Source: an uncultured bacterium
GTDB taxonomy: Bacteria; DYJV01
Assembly: GCA_964543655.1 (NCBI GenBank)
Contig: CAZIZE010000009.1
Location: 9,533 to 73,532 of the forward strand
Direction: 5' to 3'
Length of the DNA: 64,000 bases
Position 1 is the first letter of the stretch. Each line of letters starts with the position of its first letter. A model generated the notes under the pieces. It saw only the letters and a program-made list of their open reading frames with translations, searched no databases and was not told the DNA's origin. The translations under genes were made by a program, and so were the position numbers. This document shows, one piece after another, positions 43,606-54,235 of the stretch.

Positions 43606-45537
43606 CTAAAACTCAGGAAAAGCAACAAAGTAAGATTTAGATTTAACAGCAAGTGGATTAACAGCACTTTTTTTAACAATTCCACAAACAATCTCATTGT
43701 TATAAAGTGTAAAACCTTCTATAGCTCCATCTACCTGTCCACTATAAGTTTTAAGTGCAACATCACCAAGAGCATTTACATAAACAAGTTTTAATTCACC
43801 TTTTTTAAACAACCCAATATCCCCAAGCAATCCATGGAGAGATGGATAATTTTTAACAACAAGTACACTTTCTCTTCCTTTTTTATCTTTTATAAATTTT
43901 ACAGGTTTAAAATCAATGGCTCTTGCTTTATCATATTCAAATTTTTCTGTACCTAAATTAACAACAGCAGTGTTAAATGAACCTCCAAGATCCTCATCTC
44001 CAGTATAAATCTTTTCTCCATCCTTGTAAACCATAAGTATATGCTGCTCATTTATAAATATAAGCTCTTTTTTGCCATCACCATCTATGTCAGCTTTAAC
44101 AGCACTTGATATTCTAAATCCAAATGGTACCCAGTTTGTCTTGAGTTTTTTCAATTCACCATTTACAAATTTCATTTTATAAATTTGCCTTCCAAAAATA
44201 TCTTCTGAATCAAATGATTGCGCAGCAAACTCTTCTTTGCCATCATTGTTAAAGTCATATTTACCAAAAATATAGCCAAAACCTTTACCAACAAGAATTA
44301 ATCTGTTATTTCTAATTTTGTATAATCTTGAATCCATCTCATCCTGATTTAAAATATTAACTGCAATTTCCTGCTTTCCATCACCATCTATATCTACAAA
44401 AATAGTTCCTATTATATTACCAAATCCTTTATATAAATCTCCAGAAATTCTTTGAAAACCATTGTTTAATAATTTGCCATATATAATGGATGAGCCATCA
44501 GAATACACAACGTAATTTTTATAAAAATCTATTGTTTTCAATTTTTCTGAAACTTGAGCTATTTTTCTAAATTTAGTAACAGATGGCTTTATATTGTCAA
44601 AAGTAGAAAATTTATACTTTGATGAAACTTTTGGTACAGGTGGTTTCTGAATATTTGGATATGCAGGATATCTATTAGCTGGCAACTGTTGAGGTCGCTG
44701 CATTGGATAAGAAGGATATGATGGATATGCAGGCGCCATTGGTCTAACTTGTGCCTGAGGTCCCATTGGATAAACTGGTAAATTAGAGCCTGTGGTAGAA
44801 TAACGAGGTGCCTGAGCAGGTGTATTTACTGCAACAGCAGAGCCTTTATAATCAAGCATCTTTTTAGACATTGTAAATTCACCATTAAATAAGCCTATGG
44901 AAAAATTAGTATAACTTGAATAAACTTTCAAACTAATCCTTTTTTTCTCAGGATTAGGAGAATCTTTAATAAAAACTTTTAAATTTACAATGTAAATATC
45001 CCTTGTATTTTTTATAGGTGTATTGGCACTAACTATCTCAAACTCAGGGAAATTTGAAATAGCAAGCTCAAGATAACTTTTCATATTGTATGCTGCTGTT
45101 GGTTTATCTGATAGATTTTCAATACCTTCCAGTCTAAAAATTATTCTTTTTGAATATTTGACTCTATCCCCTGCCCTTATTTTGCCATTTTGTTTAACAA
45201 TATCACCAAGGCCAACTGTACCTGATGTCTCTTTTAATGAAATTATACCAACCATATCTTCTATTTGACCAATTATTTTACTGGTAATCTGATTAATAAT
45301 TGGGCCCTTTTCTCTGTAAACAATCACTTCCATACCTTCTTTAGGTGTAAATTTATCAAACTGAACAACAGCTTCATTTCTATCAGGAATAACAGCTACA
45401 ACCTTTCCATAGTAGGTAAATGACTTTTTTATTTGATTAAAAATATTGGTTAAAGTCTCATCAAGATATTTAGCATTAAGAGTAGTTGCTGCAAAAAGGA
45501 AAATAAAAAATATTGTAAAAAATTTAATTTTTTTCAT
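43606..45537 (-). CDS. Secreted FG-GAP/VCBS-like repeat protein with Pro/Tyr-rich linker
   Basis: Signal peptide. Repeated Ca-binding-like motifs DIDGDGKQEIAV, DFNNDGKEEF, ADIDGDGKKELIF. Central PAYPSYPSYPMQRPQQLP low-complexity segment. Confidence 0.5.
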   Translation of the reverse strand: MKKIKFFTIFFIFLFAATTLNAKYLDETLTNIFNQIKKSFTYYGKVVAVIPDRNEAVVQFDKFTPKEGMEVIVYREKGPIINQITSKIIGQIEDMVGIISLKETSGTVGLGDIVKQNGKIRAGDRVKYSKRIIFRLEGIENLSDKPTAAYNMKSYLELAISNFPEFEIVSANTPIKNTRDIYIVNLKVFIKDSPNPEKKRISLKVYSSYTNFSIGLFNGEFTMSKKMLDYKGSAVAVNTPAQAPRYSTTGSNLPVYPMGPQAQVRPMAPAYPSYPSYPMQRPQQLPANRYPAYPNIQKPPVPKVSSKYKFSTFDNIKPSVTKFRKIAQVSEKLKTIDFYKNYVVYSDGSSIIYGKLLNNGFQRISGDLYKGFGNIIGTIFVDIDGDGKQEIAVNILNQDEMDSRLYKIRNNRLILVGKGFGYIFGKYDFNNDGKEEFAAQSFDSEDIFGRQIYKMKFVNGELKKLKTNWVPFGFRISSAVKADIDGDGKKELIFINEQHILMVYKDGEKIYTGDEDLGGSFNTAVVNLGTEKFEYDKARAIDFKPVKFIKDKKGRESVLVVKNYPSLHGLLGDIGLFKKGELKLVYVNALGDVALKTYSGQVDGAIEGFTLYNNEIVCGIVKKSAVNPLAVKSKSYFVAFPEF

Positions 45538-45599
45538 ACAAATATCCTTTCTTATTAAGTTTAATCCTTTTAATGAAATAGAGTAAAATTGTCAATATT

Positions 45600-45791
45600 T
45601 TAATTTTTATTAATAAATATCTTATGTGAAAGTAAATTAACCTCTGTTAATGAACCATTGACCTCTTTTTCTTCTCCAAATAGAGATATTAATTTAATAC
45701 AATTATCATTAATAAACTCAATTTTTGCAACATCTTCAAGAATGAGCTCTTCACTATTTTTTGATAAAAAATAAGCATTTGATTGACACAT
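45600..45791 (-). CDS. Small CooT-like protein (conserved Cys2)
   Basis: 63 aa, N-terminus MCQSNAYF resembles CooT-family small nickel-binding proteins with invariant Cys2. Weak assignment. Confidence 0.3.
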   Translation of the reverse strand: MCQSNAYFLSKNSEELILEDVAKIEFINDNCIKLISLFGEEKEVNGSLTEVNLLSHKIFINKN

Positions 45792-45792
45792 A

Positions 45793-46218
45793 TTATCCTC
45801 CTAATTGCTCTGCTCTAATTTTAAAAGCAGCAATAATATCTTTAAAAGAAATTTTTACAAATTTATAAACAAGTTTTCTTAATAAAAAATTTTTAACATA
45901 GTATTGTAGAAAAAAATCTACCTTAACAACCTCTTTTTCAACTTCCTCTATATGCCAGATACCTTTAAATGTGTCAAGTGGCCCAGAAATTTGATTGAAT
46001 TTAATTGTCTCATAAGGTGTAAGCAGAGCCTCCATTACAATGTTTTTTATTGGAATTGTTGGTGTAATCTCAACCTTTAAATAAGTTTCTCTTTTCTCTA
46101 TTAATCTAACATGTTTATATCCTGGAACAAACTCAGGATAAAGGTCGATTCTATAAATAATTTCAAATGCCTTTTTCTGATTAATCTTAATATAATCTGA
46201 TAGGTTAAGATTTTCCAT
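45793..46218 (-). CDS. SRPBCC (START/RatA/polyketide cyclase-like) family protein
   Basis: 141 aa. Overall pattern resembles the YfjG/RatA/COQ10 ligand-binding fold. No strict motif. Confidence 0.45.
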   Translation of the reverse strand: MENLNLSDYIKINQKKAFEIIYRIDLYPEFVPGYKHVRLIEKRETYLKVEITPTIPIKNIVMEALLTPYETIKFNQISGPLDTFKGIWHIEEVEKEVVKVDFFLQYYVKNFLLRKLVYKFVKISFKDIIAAFKIRAEQLGG

Positions 46219-47230
46219 TATTATAGTATGCTGAATTTTTATAAAAAATCATTGCCTCATTATAGATTACTTTTAAAAATGATGCAAGGGGAATTGCTAT
46301 TATTAAACCAATGAATCCAAAAATTTTCCCAAATATTAAGAGGCTTAAAATTACAACAACCGGGTGTAATCCAACTTTATCTCCAACAATCTTTGGTGTT
46401 ATAACAAAACTTTCTAAAATTTGCACTATGGAAAATATTATTAAAACTTTTAAAAGTGCTGTAAAAGTATGAAATTTAATAAATGAAACTATTAATGATA
46501 AAATTATTCCAGTGAGAAAACCAAAATAGGGAATAATACTGGCAAACCCTGAAAAAATCCCTATAATAAGGGCTAAATCAACTTTGATAATTATTAAACC
46601 AAGAGAGTATAAAATTGCTAAAATAATACAAACCAAAAGCTGGCCTCTCACAAAGGAGCTTATGGAATCATCTATTTTAGTAGAAACATCAACGACCTTT
46701 TGCTGATATTTCACTGGTATTTTATCAAGGACATTAAGCCTAATATTATCAAATTCTTTTAAAAAATAAAATGTGAATATAGGAATCAGAAATATATTCA
46801 ATATATTAGATATAATTAAAAAAGTATTGTTAATAACTCTGTTGAGAATTTTTATTGATTGTGGAAGAATCTTTTTTACATATACCATAAAGTTATCAAT
46901 TAAAAAAGAGAATTTACCAATGAATGTTTTTATATTTGGAAGATTAGAAAGAATCAGTTTGTATAATTTATTGAACTCATTAACAAAAGCTGGTATTACA
47001 AATATTATAAATAGAGAAAATATAAAAATTGATAAAAAAATTAGTATAATTATTGAGAAAGTTCTTGAAAAATGCTTCTCCATTCTATCAACAAGAGGGT
47101 CAAGAAGATATGCAAGAAACATTGAGATAAATACAGGGGTCAAAATATCTTTTAGAAAATATATAAAGTAAAATAGTATTGCAAATATAGATATAACCAG
47201 TATAATTTTAAATTCATTTGAAAGTTTCAA
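46205..47230 (-). CDS. AI-2E family transporter (PerM/UPF0118)-like membrane protein
   Basis: 341 aa, about 8 predicted TM helices, Gly-rich late helix (GFIGLIIAIPLASF) typical of the family. Confidence 0.5.
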   Translation of the reverse strand: MKLSNEFKIILVISIFAILFYFIYFLKDILTPVFISMFLAYLLDPLVDRMEKHFSRTFSIIILIFLSIFIFSLFIIFVIPAFVNEFNKLYKLILSNLPNIKTFIGKFSFLIDNFMVYVKKILPQSIKILNRVINNTFLIISNILNIFLIPIFTFYFLKEFDNIRLNVLDKIPVKYQQKVVDVSTKIDDSISSFVRGQLLVCIILAILYSLGLIIIKVDLALIIGIFSGFASIIPYFGFLTGIILSLIVSFIKFHTFTALLKVLIIFSIVQILESFVITPKIVGDKVGLHPVVVILSLLIFGKIFGFIGLIIAIPLASFLKVIYNEAMIFYKNSAYYNNGKS

Positions 47231-47953
47231 TTAAAGTTCACCTGCTAAAAATTTTATAATAGACAAAGCAGTAATGGTTGCAACTTCACTTCGTAAAATA
47301 TTACTATTTAATTTCACAATAGTAAAGAAATTTTCTTCTAATAAATTGAGCTCAAATTTTGAGAATCCACCTTCTGGACCAATTAATAAAAGAATCTCTT
47401 TTGCTTTAACTACAGAGTCTTGAATATCTTTTATAAATTTATCAGCAGAATTGTTAAAGCAGATTTTTAAATCACTTTTCATGTCCAAAATTTCATTAAA
47501 ATCGTATAGTTTTTCAATTGGAATAAGGTAGTTGTTGCCACTCTGCTTTGATGCTTCTATAATAATATTGTTCCATTTCTCAAATTTATTTTTTGGCATA
47601 TTTTTGGCAATACTATATTCTGAAATATATGGAAAAATTTTGTTAATATTGAGCTGAATTAAAGATTTTAATATAAAATTGTAAGGATTATGTTTAATAA
47701 CTGGAATTGCAATATTAACTTTGGAAAAACGTATCTCTTTTTGCTCTGAAGACTTTATTATTAGCTTGATATTATTTGAGCTTATTTTTACTATTTCAGC
47801 AACCCCTGTTAATCCCAAACCATTAAATACTTCAAACAGGTCACCAGGTTTTGCCCTTAAAACATTTTTTATATGATGAAATTCTCTATGTGTTTGGGAA
47901 AGGTTGTACTCATTTAAATTTTTAGTAAAATTTTGCAAAAAAATTCTTCTCAT
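47231..47953 (-). CDS. rsmE: 16S rRNA (uracil1498-N3)-methyltransferase
   Basis: N-terminal MRRIFL...HIKNVLRAKPGD (PUA-like) and C-terminal SPOUT region LLIGPEGGFS...LNSNILRSEVA. Confidence 0.75.
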   Translation of the reverse strand: MRRIFLQNFTKNLNEYNLSQTHREFHHIKNVLRAKPGDLFEVFNGLGLTGVAEIVKISSNNIKLIIKSSEQKEIRFSKVNIAIPVIKHNPYNFILKSLIQLNINKIFPYISEYSIAKNMPKNKFEKWNNIIIEASKQSGNNYLIPIEKLYDFNEILDMKSDLKICFNNSADKFIKDIQDSVVKAKEILLLIGPEGGFSKFELNLLEENFFTIVKLNSNILRSEVATITALSIIKFLAGEL

Positions 47954-47954
47954 T

Positions 47955-49028
47955 TTAATATCTTACCTTTCTATCAATTTTATAAATAACAAATATTGCA
48001 ATAAAAAAACTTAAAAAAGGAGAGATAAAATAAGGAATTATTTTCGCATAAGAAAGACTTATAAAAAAATTATGCAACAAGAAAAAAGTAAAACCAAAAA
48101 TAAGTGTACCTATAATATTTATAAAATCACTTTTACCCCTCGGATTCCCAAGGCTTGTTAAAAAACTTATAAAAAGAAAAATAATATTTACCAATGGAAA
48201 AACAAATTTATTAATTAAATCAACTTTATATTTGGTTGTATCTATTTTAGAGCCTTTTAATTTTTCGATTATTTTAATTAGCTCTAAAAAGCTCAAATTC
48301 TGATTCTCCGCTGTGATAACAACAAAGTCTTCTCTATCTAATTTTTCTGGAAGTTTGTATTTATCTAATTTTTTATAATTAATTAAAGCTCCTCTTTTAA
48401 ATTTATACATTTCAACATTATATAAATTCCAGCAATTATTTCTGTATAAACCTTGAAAAGCATCTATCCTTTCTTCAATATTAAAATTTTTATTTAACTT
48501 CAAAATTGTTATTCCTCTCATAAATTTTCTCTGAAAATCTGCTATATCAATTTTGAAAATATAATTCTTCTTTTTATACCAGATTTTATTTGCTTTAAAA
48601 ATAGCATAGTTCTTTTTCTTTTTTATTACGCTATTTTTTATAATTTTAGCATAGTAGTAAGATTTTGGATTAATAAATTCATTATTAAAAAATTGTAAAG
48701 AGTAAAATATTAATCCAGCAAAAATTAAAGTTTTATAAATTTCAGATTTAGGTATAGCCAATGTTCTAATAGCAATAATTTCATAATTATGCTTTAAAAC
48801 TCCAAAAAGATATAAAGTACTACCTAAAACAGAAAAAGGCAGTAAATAGTATAACAACTCTGGCGTTTTTAACATAAAATATTTTAAAATAATCAAAAAA
48901 GAAACTTCTGATTTAAAAATAATTCCAACATTAGAAAAAAATTGGATAATAAATGAAAGAATAATTAATGCTAGCAACAATAGAGAAAACGATTTTAAAA
49001 TCTCTTTAAAAATATATTTTTTTATCAT
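47955..49028 (-). CDS. lptG: LPS export ABC transporter permease LptG (YjgP/YjgQ family)
   Basis: 357 aa, with 3 TM helices, a periplasmic beta-jellyroll insert, then 3 TM helices. Second of a tandem pair. Confidence 0.6.
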   Translation of the reverse strand: MIKKYIFKEILKSFSLLLLALIILSFIIQFFSNVGIIFKSEVSFLIILKYFMLKTPELLYYLLPFSVLGSTLYLFGVLKHNYEIIAIRTLAIPKSEIYKTLIFAGLIFYSLQFFNNEFINPKSYYYAKIIKNSVIKKKKNYAIFKANKIWYKKKNYIFKIDIADFQRKFMRGITILKLNKNFNIEERIDAFQGLYRNNCWNLYNVEMYKFKRGALINYKKLDKYKLPEKLDREDFVVITAENQNLSFLELIKIIEKLKGSKIDTTKYKVDLINKFVFPLVNIIFLFISFLTSLGNPRGKSDFINIIGTLIFGFTFFLLHNFFISLSYAKIIPYFISPFLSFFIAIFVIYKIDRKVRY

Positions 49029-50122
49029 AACCTGATTTTTTCTTTTGAAGTTAAGTAGTATAAAATTATAGATAAAATTCCAATAACTATGTTAGGTAGC
49101 CAAGCAGAAAACATAGGTGGAAAAATAGCTGTCTTTACAAAATAATTTGAAATCATAACAAGAGAGTAATAAGAAAAAATAACTGCAAGTATTATTAAAG
49201 CTGTCCATGATTTTGGATTTCTGCTTGATTTTATGCCAAATATAAAACCAATTATTACAAAAATTATTGATGCAAATGGCAATGAATACCTTTTATAAAT
49301 TTCCATTTTTAAATATCTAACCTTTTTAAAATCCCCTATTTTCTTATATTTTTTAATCCTTTTATTTATTTCTTTAACAGAGCTCTCTTTATCCTTAAGA
49401 TTAATGCTTGCTTTTATACTTTCAGCAATATTATATTTCAGTATATATTTTTTAAAATTAATTATTTCATACTGACCAGATTTTTTTTTTATATGAATAT
49501 TTCCATTTAAAAGCTTTAGAAAAATTATATTATTGTCAATATCAATTAATCCTTTATTAGCCTCTATAATTTCATTCTGGTTATTTATATTATTATAAAT
49601 TATTAATCTTTTCATATAACCACTTTTATCTTTTTTTAAAAAGTAAAATACAGTCTTTGAGAGAATATCATTGAACTGCTGGGGTTTCAAAGAGTTTTCA
49701 GTTTGAGATTTGATAATTTTGTTAACTTCATTTAAAAAAAGCTTTGTTGAAAAGGGTAATATATAAAAATTATTAACAATTCCAAATAAAAATGCGAATA
49801 TCCCTATTATTAAAGGAATTTTAATCAATCTAAATGGTGATATTCCAAGTGTTTTTAATGCAATAATTTCATTATTTGATGATAATTTTGAAAAAGTAAA
49901 CAAAATAGCAGAAAGGGTAATTAAAGGAATTGTAAATATACCAAATGAAGGGATTAGAAAAAAAGAAAGCTTAATAGCTGATAAAAAAGTTAAATTGCCA
50001 TCTATTATTTTAGGAATAAAATCTATTAACTTTAATGTCATAAACAGAGCATTAAAGATAAAAGCATAAAAAATAAAATTTATTAATAGCTCTTTTAATA
50101 AATATTTTTCATATAGTTTCAT
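49025..50122 (-). CDS. lptF: LPS export ABC transporter permease LptF (YjgP/YjgQ family)
   Basis: 365 aa with the same architecture. First of the tandem pair, overlapping lptG by 4 nt. Confidence 0.6.
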   Translation of the reverse strand: MKLYEKYLLKELLINFIFYAFIFNALFMTLKLIDFIPKIIDGNLTFLSAIKLSFFLIPSFGIFTIPLITLSAILFTFSKLSSNNEIIALKTLGISPFRLIKIPLIIGIFAFLFGIVNNFYILPFSTKLFLNEVNKIIKSQTENSLKPQQFNDILSKTVFYFLKKDKSGYMKRLIIYNNINNQNEIIEANKGLIDIDNNIIFLKLLNGNIHIKKKSGQYEIINFKKYILKYNIAESIKASINLKDKESSVKEINKRIKKYKKIGDFKKVRYLKMEIYKRYSLPFASIIFVIIGFIFGIKSSRNPKSWTALIILAVIFSYYSLVMISNYFVKTAIFPPMFSAWLPNIVIGILSIILYYLTSKEKIRL

Positions 50123-50574
50123 AATATCTTTTTACTATCCAAAATAAAAGTAACAGGACCATTATTTACTATATTTACTTCCATATGTGCTTGAAAAACA
50201 CCCTCTTTTATCACTATATCCTTAAATTTATTCTTTATAAAATTTACAAATTCTCTGTAAAGTTCCCTGCTTGTATCAACACTCTCAGCTTGGTCAAAAG
50301 ATGGTCTTCTGCCTTTTCTGCAATCACCATAAAGTGTAAATTGAGACACTATCAAAAGTTCTCCACTAACATCTATTAACGATTTATTAAAAAGGCTTTT
50401 CTCATCTTCAAAAATTCTCAAATTAACTGTTTTATTGGCAATATATTCAAAATCTTTTTCAGAATCACCTTTGCCAATGCCAACAAAAAGGAGAATACCA
50501 TCACCTATCTCACTTATCACCCTGTTATCAACTTTAACTGATGCATATTTTACCCTCTGAATTACTGCACGCAT
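50119..50574 (-). CDS. dtd: D-aminoacyl-tRNA deacylase
   Basis: MRAVIQRV... N-terminus, SQFTLY motif and C-terminal NGPVT (Gly-cisPro motif). 151 aa. Confidence 0.9.
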   Translation of the reverse strand: MRAVIQRVKYASVKVDNRVISEIGDGILLFVGIGKGDSEKDFEYIANKTVNLRIFEDEKSLFNKSLIDVSGELLIVSQFTLYGDCRKGRRPSFDQAESVDTSRELYREFVNFIKNKFKDIVIKEGVFQAHMEVNIVNNGPVTFILDSKKIL

Positions 50575-51341
50575 TTCAATATCCTTTTGGTATTTTCAAG
50601 TGATTTAAAAAGGGTCTCCTTATCATGAGGTTCAAGAGTAATTATAGCATTTGGACAATATTTTTCTGCAAGTTTGAAAACTTTATGAAAATCAATGTTA
50701 CCCTCACCAACTGCTTTGTGCCAGTCAAAATCTCCATTGTTATCATGAATATGAATCTCAAATATTTTTTCATTAAAAACTTTAAAATAATCTTCCACAT
50801 CTTTCTTTGAAAATACATTATGATGACCTACATCAAGACAAATACCAGCCAATGGTGATTCAGCTATTTCAAGTAATTTTTCAAGCACCCTTGTATCTTT
50901 TTCAAAAATGTTCTCAAAAGAGAATTTTACATTGATTTCTTCAGCATAGTTTAAAATATTTTTCCAGGTAATTGTAGCTCTTTCAACCCATAGCTCAAAA
51001 AATTGTCCATGAATAATTTCATTAAAGCCAGGATGAAAAACAATATTAATTGGCTCAAAAATTACCGCAAGATCAAGAATTCTTACAAATCGTTCTTCTG
51101 TAGCTTTCCTAATCTTCTCATCAAATCCACCAGGACTTAAATCAATAAAAGGAGCATGAAATGTATATTTAATCCCTAAAGTTTTTACATATTCTGACCA
51201 TTTATAAAATTTATTAAAATTAATTGAATCAAGGTCATTTCCAAAAATTTTTAGTTCTAAATTAAATTTATACTTTTCTATTAAATCTTTTTCTAAATCA
51301 AGATAATTTATTGGCACAGAAATAAACAACTCTTTCTCCAT
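50562..51341 (-). CDS. Sugar phosphate isomerase/epimerase (xylose isomerase-like TIM barrel)
   Basis: Conserved metal-ligand pattern (FHPGF, DVGHHNV, IHIHDN). Start moved to ATG 51341 (MEKELF), preceded by AAGGGAGAG. Confidence 0.6.
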   Translation of the reverse strand: MEKELFISVPINYLDLEKDLIEKYKFNLELKIFGNDLDSINFNKFYKWSEYVKTLGIKYTFHAPFIDLSPGGFDEKIRKATEERFVRILDLAVIFEPINIVFHPGFNEIIHGQFFELWVERATITWKNILNYAEEINVKFSFENIFEKDTRVLEKLLEIAESPLAGICLDVGHHNVFSKKDVEDYFKVFNEKIFEIHIHDNNGDFDWHKAVGEGNIDFHKVFKLAEKYCPNAIITLEPHDKETLFKSLENTKRILKCVQ

Positions 51342-51455
51342 CACTCTCCCTTTCACTGAAGATTAACATTACAATATTTTCAAAACCTTTATAAAGTGTT
51401 TTTAACTATTGCTAAATCTTTATTATATCAATTTATAGATTCTTAAATTGTTATG

Positions 51456-51530
51456 CTCTTTCAGAATGAACCTAAAAAGTCATTCTGCCCCTAAGTGGAG
51501 CAAAGGGAAAAAATCCATTGTAGCTATTTG
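51456..51530. repeat. Intergenic repeat family 1, copy B
   Basis: ctctttCAGAATGAacctaaaaagTCATTCTGcccctaagtggagcaaagggaaaaaatccatt. Perfect 8-bp inverted repeat, second CCCC..GGG stem, shared 3' 'aatccatt'. Confidence 0.4.
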
Positions 51531-51800
51531 TTTTACCTGTATAACTTTATATGCAAATGTTTTTCTACTTAAAGCCCCAGGCAAATATTAATAAGGCTGT
51601 TAAAAACTTTTTATTATTATAAAATAATTTTTTTATAATTGCAAACAAAGAATTTAAACCAAAATCATTTTACTTTTTTAAAATTTTGTTTTAATATCAT
51701 TATGATTAATATAATCTTCTGCTTGAAAGAATATTTTGACTGTTATTAATTTATTTTTAAACTTTTGACCAACAACTAAAAACTAAAAAAGGAGGAATGT

Positions 51801-52355
51801 ATGATAATTTTTGTAGCAGTAATAGTTATTCTATTAATTCTACTTGTTTATTCCATTGCAATTTACAATAGTCTTGTTAGATTAAAAAATCAATCAGAAG
51901 AAGCATGGTCAAGTATCGATATTCAGCTAAAAAGAAGGCACGACCTTATTCCCAATCTTGTGGAGACAGTTAAAGGCTATGCAGCACATGAAAAAGAAAC
52001 TCTTAGTAAAGTTATAGAAGCAAGAAATATGGCGATGAATGCATCAGGTAGTATTGAAAAAAGAGCAGAAGCAGAAAATTTCCTAACAGGAACTCTTAAA
52101 TCTCTTTTTGCTTTAAGTGAAAATTATCCAAATTTAAAAGCAAATGAGAATTTTCTCCAATTACAAAACACATTAAATGAAATAGAGGATAATATCCAGA
52201 GTGCAAGAAGGTACTACAATGCTGTTGTTAGGGATCTTAATACCAAAATTGAGATGTTTCCTTCAAGTATAATTGCTAATATGTTTAATTTTACCAAAAA
52301 AGAGTATTTTGAAATTGAAGAAAGAGAAAAAGAGCCTGTGAAAGTTAAATTTTAA
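51801..52355 (+). CDS. lemA: LemA family protein
   Basis: N-terminal TM helix followed by IAIYNSLVRLKNQSEEAWSSIDIQLKRRHDLIPNLVETVKGYAAHEKETL, the canonical LemA region. Strong AAGGAGG RBS. Confidence 0.85.
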   Translation: MIIFVAVIVILLILLVYSIAIYNSLVRLKNQSEEAWSSIDIQLKRRHDLIPNLVETVKGYAAHEKETLSKVIEARNMAMNASGSIEKRAEAENFLTGTLKSLFALSENYPNLKANENFLQLQNTLNEIEDNIQSARRYYNAVVRDLNTKIEMFPSSIIANMFNFTKKEYFEIEEREKEPVKVKF

Positions 52356-54080
52356 ATGAAAAAACTTATTATTTTAATATTCTTAATTTTAACCAATTTT
52401 TCAAGTTTATATGCAGAGTTTTTTTACATTGAAAATTACAATGTTGATATTACTGTTAATAAAAACTCCTCTGCATATATTGAAGAAAACATTGAAGTTT
52501 TTTTCACATCTCCACGACACGGCATTTACAGGTTTATTCCATTAAAAAAAGGTAATACCAAACTAAGATTAAAAATTTTAAATATTAAAATTTCACGTAA
52601 CAATGAAAATTTTTACAAAATAAAATATAAAAGTTTTAAAAAAAAGGGTTATCTTGTTTTAAAAATAGGCTCAATAGATAGGCTTTACCAGGGGACTACT
52701 TATTACAAAATCCTGTATAAAGTTGATAATTTTGCTATAAATAATGAAGTTTCATGGAATATAATAGGTAGTGGCTGGAATGTAAATATAAAAAATGTTG
52801 ATTTTTCAATAAATTTTCCAGAATTAAGAAGCAGGGATTTAATAAATGCTCATGTTTATATAGGCATTGCAGGAAAGATAAGTGAAGTTTATAATTTTGA
52901 AAAATATAATAACATGCTTATTTTTAAAGGAGAGAATATTAATCTCCCTCCACATTCTCTTTTATTTGTAAAACTTATCTTTCCAAAAGGATTTTTAAAA
53001 AAAACAGGTATTGTCAAACAAATTATATGGTTTTTATCAGATAACTGGGAATTTGTCATACCACTAATTGTCTTTATTATCTGCTATATTATCTGGTGGT
53101 ACCTTGGTAGGGATGAAAAGAAAGGTGTAATTGTTGTAAAATACAATCCACCAAAAGGTGTTACACCAGCTGAGGCTGGAGCAATAATTGATGACAAAGT
53201 TGATTTCAAAGAAGTAACAGCAACAATTTTTGGGCTTGCGCAAAAAGGGTATTTAAAAATAGAAAAAGTTGTTGCAGAGAATATAGGTAATTTTTTTAAA
53301 AAGAATCATGAATCCATCAGGTTTCATAAATTAAAAGAGCCTGATATAGATTTAAAACCTCATGAAAAAGTGGTTTTTAATGGAATATTCTGTTTTGGTG
53401 GAAATAATTCAAGCAGTGACCTTCTTGCTGAAAAATTTTTCCAAACTGTAGAATTTTTTAAGGAAACTCTTTACAATGATTTAACCAAACATGACAGATA
53501 CTTTACCATGAATCCAGATGAAATAATGAAACTCTACTATTTTCTTGGTAAAATTACAATTTTTTTAGGAGTTTTTACACTAATTGGGGGATTTGCCTAT
53601 TTTGAGCCAGATTTTAAATTACCAGTAAGTTTATTTATAACATCAATTATTATATTTATATTTGGAAGAATAATGCCACAAAAAACTTTTAAAGGAGCAA
53701 AACTTTATAGAGAATTGTTAGGTTTTAAAGAATTTATAAAAAGAGTAGATGAAGAAAGATTGAAAAGAATGGCACTTGATGATCCTGATATTTTTGGCAA
53801 AATTTTACCTTATGCCATTGCACTTAATATAGAAAAAGAATGGGTTAAAAAATTTGACGCAATGCAAATCAAGCCTCCTCAATGGTATGAAGGTGATTTA
53901 TATGGAGCTGGAGGATTTAGTAGAATTCTTATTGACATGGCAATTATACATTCTGCAATTTCACATATCCCCAACAATATAAACCTGGAGAATATTGGAG
54001 ATAGTGGATTTGGTACTGGAGGCTTTGGTGGCTTTGGAGGAGGCGGCGGCTTTGGCGGAGGTGGTGGAGGAAGCTGGTAA
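52356..54080 (+). CDS. DUF2207-type membrane protein with Gly/Phe-rich C-terminal tail
   Basis: Signal peptide, large extracytoplasmic N-domain, TM helices, then C-terminal GFGTGGFGGFGGGGGFGGGGGGSW. The pairing with LemA is typical of the family. Confidence 0.6.
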   Translation: MKKLIILIFLILTNFSSLYAEFFYIENYNVDITVNKNSSAYIEENIEVFFTSPRHGIYRFIPLKKGNTKLRLKILNIKISRNNENFYKIKYKSFKKKGYLVLKIGSIDRLYQGTTYYKILYKVDNFAINNEVSWNIIGSGWNVNIKNVDFSINFPELRSRDLINAHVYIGIAGKISEVYNFEKYNNMLIFKGENINLPPHSLLFVKLIFPKGFLKKTGIVKQIIWFLSDNWEFVIPLIVFIICYIIWWYLGRDEKKGVIVVKYNPPKGVTPAEAGAIIDDKVDFKEVTATIFGLAQKGYLKIEKVVAENIGNFFKKNHESIRFHKLKEPDIDLKPHEKVVFNGIFCFGGNNSSSDLLAEKFFQTVEFFKETLYNDLTKHDRYFTMNPDEIMKLYYFLGKITIFLGVFTLIGGFAYFEPDFKLPVSLFITSIIIFIFGRIMPQKTFKGAKLYRELLGFKEFIKRVDEERLKRMALDDPDIFGKILPYAIALNIEKEWVKKFDAMQIKPPQWYEGDLYGAGGFSRILIDMAIIHSAISHIPNNINLENIGDSGFGTGGFGGFGGGGGFGGGGGGSW

Positions 54081-54235
54081 AATAAGTGCCGTGTTCAGGG
54101 CTTGAAGTATGGAGTTCGGAGAGTTAGAATTTAGGATATAGTTGTTGGGTTGGTGATTATAAATTTTGAATGTTGAATTAAACAAATTACTTTGGAGCAA
54201 TGAGTATAGACTTGAGATAAAATCAGGAGGAAGTA

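Noticed and set aside
54081-54235. Possible c-di-GMP riboswitch upstream of the DUF296-pelG pair
   Set aside because: The region is GC-richer than surrounding DNA, but I found no recognisable GEMM-I/II conserved segments. Kept only as a note under the DUF296 finding.
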